In this document: positions 59,902 to 64,000 of the stretch, one piece after another
Layout of the letters: the number at the start of each line of letters is the position of its first letter
Position numbering within the stretch: the first letter of the stretch is position 1
NCBI GenBank assembly: GCA_964389905.1
Contig: CAYMGD010000005.1
Location: forward strand, 6,842 to 70,841
Direction of reading: 5' to 3'
DNA length: 64,000 nt
Origin: an uncultured Coprobacillus sp.
GTDB lineage: Bacteria > Bacillota_I > Bacilli_A > ML615J-28 > CAG-698
Notes under the pieces: generated by a model
Seen by the model: only the letters and a program-made list of their open reading frames with translations
What the model was told of the DNA's origin: nothing
Databases searched by the model: none
Translations under genes and position numbers: made by a program

Positions 59902-62037
59902 ATGAAAAAGAAAAAACTAATATTTAATATTATTACAACTATTACAATATTATCATTTGTATTAATATTTGCCTATATCATATATGATTTATTTAATCCT
60001 CTTAAGGAACTTCTAATAAATGGTAATGATAAAGAATTTACTGAAACAATTAAATCATATGGTATATGGAAATATGTATTTATGATTTTATTTAGTACTT
60101 TCCAAATATTTATGACAATTATGCCTGGTGAACCAATACAAGTCTTATCAGGAATAATTTGTGGACCATTCCTAGGTGTTTTAGTGTGCATGATAGGTGT
60201 TGCAATTGGTAACCTTTGTATGTTTCTTTTAGTGCGAACAATTCATTTTGAAATTGACCAAGATCGTTATAAGAAAAAAGGTTATTCAACAAACATAGAT
60301 GAAAGTAAAACAGAAGATAAAAAAGCATTTACATGGTTTATTTTAGGTTTATACTTTGCCCCAGTTATTCCTGATGGTGTTATAGCATATACAGCCGCAA
60401 AAAACAAAAAAATGAGTTTTCTAAGATACATCCTTGTAACAACATTAGGAACTCTTCCTCAAATTGTCTTATGTATCACTGCTGGAACACTTTTCATGAA
60501 ATATTCTACCGAAATATTTAAATTAACTGAAATGCTTCCTTTATTAATAGGTGGTTTAGTAATCTTTATTATTATTTTCTTAATAATAAAATATAAGAAA
60601 AATATCATAAATCATATTTTAAATAGAAGCATTAGAGCTACAGCAATATGGGTATTTCCTTTTATTGTTATAACTTTAGTTGATTTATCATTGTTAGTAT
60701 CTCATAAGTATTTGGCTTGTGCAATTATTTTAGGAATAATGATAATATACATAATTATGTATATTATATTTGACAAAAGATTATCTAAAATCTTTACGAA
60801 AAAGAAAATGAATGATTTTAAAAATGATATTTATTTAAAGCCTAGCAAACTAGTAACTTATCCATTAATTTATATTTTCAAGCTCTTCTTTCATCCAAAA
60901 TTCAATTTAAAAGTTGACAAAAATGGAATTGATAAAATTAATAAACCAGCTGTAGTATTATTTAATCATCAATCAGCCATAGATTTTATTAATATTGTTC
61001 CTCAATTTTATCCTGAAGGAGTTAACGTTGTAACTGCTTATTATTACTTTTGTAATTATCACTTGGGACGAATACTAAATAAATGCGGATGTTTTCCAAA
61101 ATTCCTTTATCAGCCTGATATAAGTGCAATAAAGAATATGCATAAAGTTGTAAAAAATAATGGCATTCTACTTCTTTCTCCTGAGGGAAGATTATCTGCA
61201 TATGGTGAAATGGAATCATATATTCCTAGTACAATAAAGTTTTTGAAAAAGGAAAAATGTGATGTTTATCTAATGAAAAGTTATGGTGCATACTTTACAA
61301 AACCAAAGTGGGCCAAAACTTACCGAAAAGGACGCATTGATTTAAAATATGAACACATCTTTACTAAAGAATCATTAGAAATTCTTTCATACGAAGAAAT
61401 ATATAAGATACTATATGATAAATTATATTATAATGAATATGATTGGATGGAGAAAAATAAAGTTCCTTTCAAAGGGAAAAAATTTGCCGAGGGATTGGAA
61501 CAAATACTATACATATGTCCTGTTTGTGGGAAAGAATTTACATATGTTTCTAAAAACAGTAAAATGGAATGCACACATTGCCATACAGTAGTAAAACTTA
61601 ACAAGTTTTATGGCTTAGAAAGTGAAAATCCTTCTATTCCTCATACAATAAGAGATTGGTATCTTTACCAAAAGAATATTGAAAGAAAAAGAATTAAAGA
61701 TTCTAATTACAAATATACTAGTAATGTTACCTTAAAACTACCTGATCCAAAAGGAAATGGATTTACCATAGTAGGTAAAGGTGTATGTACTCTAACTAAT
61801 GATGGAGTTAGATACGTTGGAACAATAAATAACGAGGAAAAAGATATTCTCTTCAAATTAGAGAATATGCCAGCTATTCCATTTGGTGTGAAGGAAGATT
61901 TCGAAATATATCACAACCAAACACTTTATTATTTTGTTCCTGATAATATCAGAGAATGCGTAAAATGGTCAGTTGTTGAAGAGCAAATGTATGAAGAATA
62001 CATAGAAGTCAATAACAAGAAACCTTGGGATTTTTAA
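59902..62037 (+). CDS. fusion of a VTT/TVP38-type (DedA-like) membrane domain with a PlsC-like acyltransferase and zinc ribbon
   Basis: The N-terminal half is polytopic (…MPGEPIQVLSGIICGPFLG…). The C-terminal half has NHQSAIDF (H(X)4D), SPEGRLS and CPVCG...CTHCH. Confidence 0.65.
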   Translation: MKKKKLIFNIITTITILSFVLIFAYIIYDLFNPLKELLINGNDKEFTETIKSYGIWKYVFMILFSTFQIFMTIMPGEPIQVLSGIICGPFLGVLVCMIGVAIGNLCMFLLVRTIHFEIDQDRYKKKGYSTNIDESKTEDKKAFTWFILGLYFAPVIPDGVIAYTAAKNKKMSFLRYILVTTLGTLPQIVLCITAGTLFMKYSTEIFKLTEMLPLLIGGLVIFIIIFLIIKYKKNIINHILNRSIRATAIWVFPFIVITLVDLSLLVSHKYLACAIILGIMIIYIIMYIIFDKRLSKIFTKKKMNDFKNDIYLKPSKLVTYPLIYIFKLFFHPKFNLKVDKNGIDKINKPAVVLFNHQSAIDFINIVPQFYPEGVNVVTAYYYFCNYHLGRILNKCGCFPKFLYQPDISAIKNMHKVVKNNGILLLSPEGRLSAYGEMESYIPSTIKFLKKEKCDVYLMKSYGAYFTKPKWAKTYRKGRIDLKYEHIFTKESLEILSYEEIYKILYDKLYYNEYDWMEKNKVPFKGKKFAEGLEQILYICPVCGKEFTYVSKNSKMECTHCHTVVKLNKFYGLESENPSIPHTIRDWYLYQKNIERKRIKDSNYKYTSNVTLKLPDPKGNGFTIVGKGVCTLTNDGVRYVGTINNEEKDILFKLENMPAIPFGVKEDFEIYHNQTLYYFVPDNIRECVKWSVVEEQMYEEYIEVNNKKPWDF

Positions 62038-62051
62038 TTAATAAATGTAAT

Positions 62052-62116
62052 AAAAAGCTATTATTTGACTATACAAAACTATTTAGTTTATGTATAATTT
62101 GAATAATAGCTTTTTT
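62052..62116. terminator. long-range hairpin between convergent genes
   Basis: AAAAAGCTATTATT...AATAATAGCTTTTT. Confidence 0.5.
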
Positions 62117-62143
62117 ATTAATTATTTTTTTAGTTAATGAATA

Positions 62144-64000
62144 CTAATCAACTAAGTTAATTTGGCTTTTTGAATCAACTATAACATTCATAATTTGATA
62201 TAAAATAGCCCATGATCCTTCTTCAAATGTAACACTTTTCATCAAATAGTTATCTTGATTGACTAAAATTTTGCCAGAAGAATTATTGGATTTAAGATGC
62301 CAACTGTAAGTTAAATTATCCACATTATAAGGTAAACCATTAATATTATACTTATTAATATCAATAGTATTGTCAATATAACCAAAAGTTTCTATGTTTT
62401 TAGAAGAAATTCTAGTACCTTCGCTTTCATTTGATTCATAGAAATATAAAGCTGCTTCTCCTATTTTGGAAGCCGTAAATTCAGTACTTAATTTATTTCT
62501 AAAAAGCTGATAAATCATATATTTATTATCATCACTCTTTATTATGTAATATCCCATAGAGTAAGTGCATTCACCTGAAGTTTCAGCAACAAAATCGCTT
62601 AAGTCTTTAATAGTTTCATCTTCTGCAATATATTTTACATATATATAGTCAGTATTACCAGAACTAACAGCCCACTGATAAGTCTTATATTCTTTTTTCA
62701 AATTTAAAGTTGAATTTAAAACATTAAGTTTTGCATTATAATTATATAACAAGTTGACAGGAGCAAAATCAGCATTAACAGTAAGATCTTTAAATGTAAC
62801 TGTTGTATTTTTTTGTGTTGCAATAATTGCAGAATCTAAAATTTCTAATCTTCCATTTAAGTTAAGAGTTCCATTACGAATTTTTAAATGGCCATATACG
62901 TCTATCCCTTTTTCAGATATTAAATCACCACAATTAATAGTTAAAATATGATTATTCAAATCTAAATCAATTGCATAAATTGTTGTAACATTATTTTTTG
63001 TTGAAGAATCCTCAATACCACCTATTGTTCCATCTCCATATACCCAGCTTGGCGCTGTTTTGCTACCAAATGCAGCTAAAAAATCTTCTGGAGTACATGT
63101 AATATTATCAGTTAAACGAACTATAATTGCATCTCTACCTCGGTCTTGATCTTTCCAATCAATATCAGATAATGATGAAATGTTTACTATTGTTTCTTCT
63201 ATGTCATCTTTATAAACATGGCAACGCGTACATTGACCACGATCGTCAAAATCATGTAAATCAGGTGCTATAATTTGTGCGCCTTCAGTTATTTTTCCAC
63301 AACGTACACATATAGTTCCTGCTTCTTGTCCAGCAGTAATACATGTTGGTTCTATTTGCTCACCATGTGATATTTCTATGTGTCCTAAAGCATCTATTGT
63401 TTTGCTAACTAAATAGTTACATTCTTCAATAGTACATTTAATTTCTATTTTTCCTTCATTTTCACATGTTGGCATTACGTATTCAGTTTCAAATTTATGT
63501 ACATGTCCAGATTGTTCAGTAGTTCCATCATATTTACAGAATAAACATTTACCATTTTCATCTATATAATGCTCACCATATTTTGTTTCTTTATCACAAT
63601 CACAAGTATATTTATTACTACCTAAGTTTATAGTATCATTATCTTGATGGAATTTTGTTCCTTCTGATACTAGTTTTCCTGAGCTTATACTGCTTAAGTA
63701 AGCAACATACATTTCATGTAAATATACTTTACCATTAGCTTTAGTACTTCCTGAAAGTTCCACTTCATCACTATCTTTTGATGATAATGCAAAATATAAT
63801 GTATCAACTACACCATAACAATGTATTTCTGCTACAAAACTTGTTGTTAAAGCTAAATGTCCACGATTTAGTCTTACTTTAACATCCATGCTTGTATATA
63901 CAACTACTACTAGTTCTTGATCACTATATGTACCTTCATCAAAACCTACATACATATTTAATACGTTATCACTATCTTTAGCTGGTGACTTGCTTCCTGC
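62144..64000 (-). CDS. large secreted/surface protein with Cys/His-rich modules and a beta-helix-like region (N-terminus beyond the window)
   Basis: The frame stays open upstream of M63955 to the window edge. Modules have the form H.H.F......PTC...G.....C..C. The C-terminal half has N/T-rich beta-helix-like repeats. Confidence 0.6.
   Translation of the reverse strand, partial: AGSKSPAKDSDNVLNMYVGFDEGTYSDQELVVVVYTSMDVKVRLNRGHLALTTSFVAEIHCYGVVDTLYFALSSKDSDEVELSGSTKANGKVYLHEMYVAYLSSISSGKLVSEGTKFHQDNDTINLGSNKYTCDCDKETKYGEHYIDENGKCLFCKYDGTTEQSGHVHKFETEYVMPTCENEGKIEIKCTIEECNYLVSKTIDALGHIEISHGEQIEPTCITAGQEAGTICVRCGKITEGAQIIAPDLHDFDDRGQCTRCHVYKDDIEETIVNISSLSDIDWKDQDRGRDAIIVRLTDNITCTPEDFLAAFGSKTAPSWVYGDGTIGGIEDSSTKNNVTTIYAIDLDLNNHILTINCGDLISEKGIDVYGHLKIRNGTLNLNGRLEILDSAIIATQKNTTVTFKDLTVNADFAPVNLLYNYNAKLNVLNSTLNLKKEYKTYQWAVSSGNTDYIYVKYIAEDETIKDLSDFVAETSGECTYSMGYYIIKSDDNKYMIYQLFRNKLSTEFTASKIGEAALYFYESNESEGTRISSKNIETFGYIDNTIDINKYNINGLPYNVDNLTYSWHLKSNNSSGKILVNQDNYLMKSVTFEEGSWAILYQIMNVIVDSKSQINLVD

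Overview
This is a 64-kb chromosomal window from a very AT-rich, endospore-forming Firmicute; exact GC and taxon cannot be determined by eye. Most of it is housekeeping DNA arranged in blocks whose gene order matches what I recall for Bacillus subtilis: mutS-mutL-miaA; dacB-spmA-spmB; cmk/rpsA-der-spoIVA-hup; rpsU-yqfC-yqfD-phoH-ybeY-cdd-era-(yqzL)-recO-glyQS-dnaG-sigA...trmK-yqfO; yneF-plsY-parE-parC; xerD-deoB; and lepA...hemW. Small accessory insertions sit between these blocks. No rRNA, tRNA, CRISPR array, intact transposase or phage gene was recognised.

The most unusual locus is a 2.8-kb ORF-poor, extremely AT-rich gap at 49,454-52,234. Gene orientation switches there from almost all '+' to '-', as expected at a replication terminus. 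The gap contains a near-canonical 28-bp Xer dif site (50,389-50,416). The dif site is embedded in a same-strand array of a conserved module headed by the 14-mer TGAGAAGATTAATT. This 14-mer occurs six times exactly, with at least 10 degenerate copies, and is organised into ~400-bp higher-order repeats. I cannot assign the array to any known element; it may be a terminus-associated protein-binding array, but that is unproven.

Other points worth a second look:
- two tandem full-length sigA/rpoD paralogues
- a cmk-rpsA gene fusion
- a catalytically degenerate Fic-like gene directly behind parE-parC
- a T14 homopolymer forming the promoter spacer of a secreted cysteine-peptidase/lipoprotein pair
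- several recombination scars

All functional calls rest on motifs read from the supplied translations and on gene order. No database search was run.
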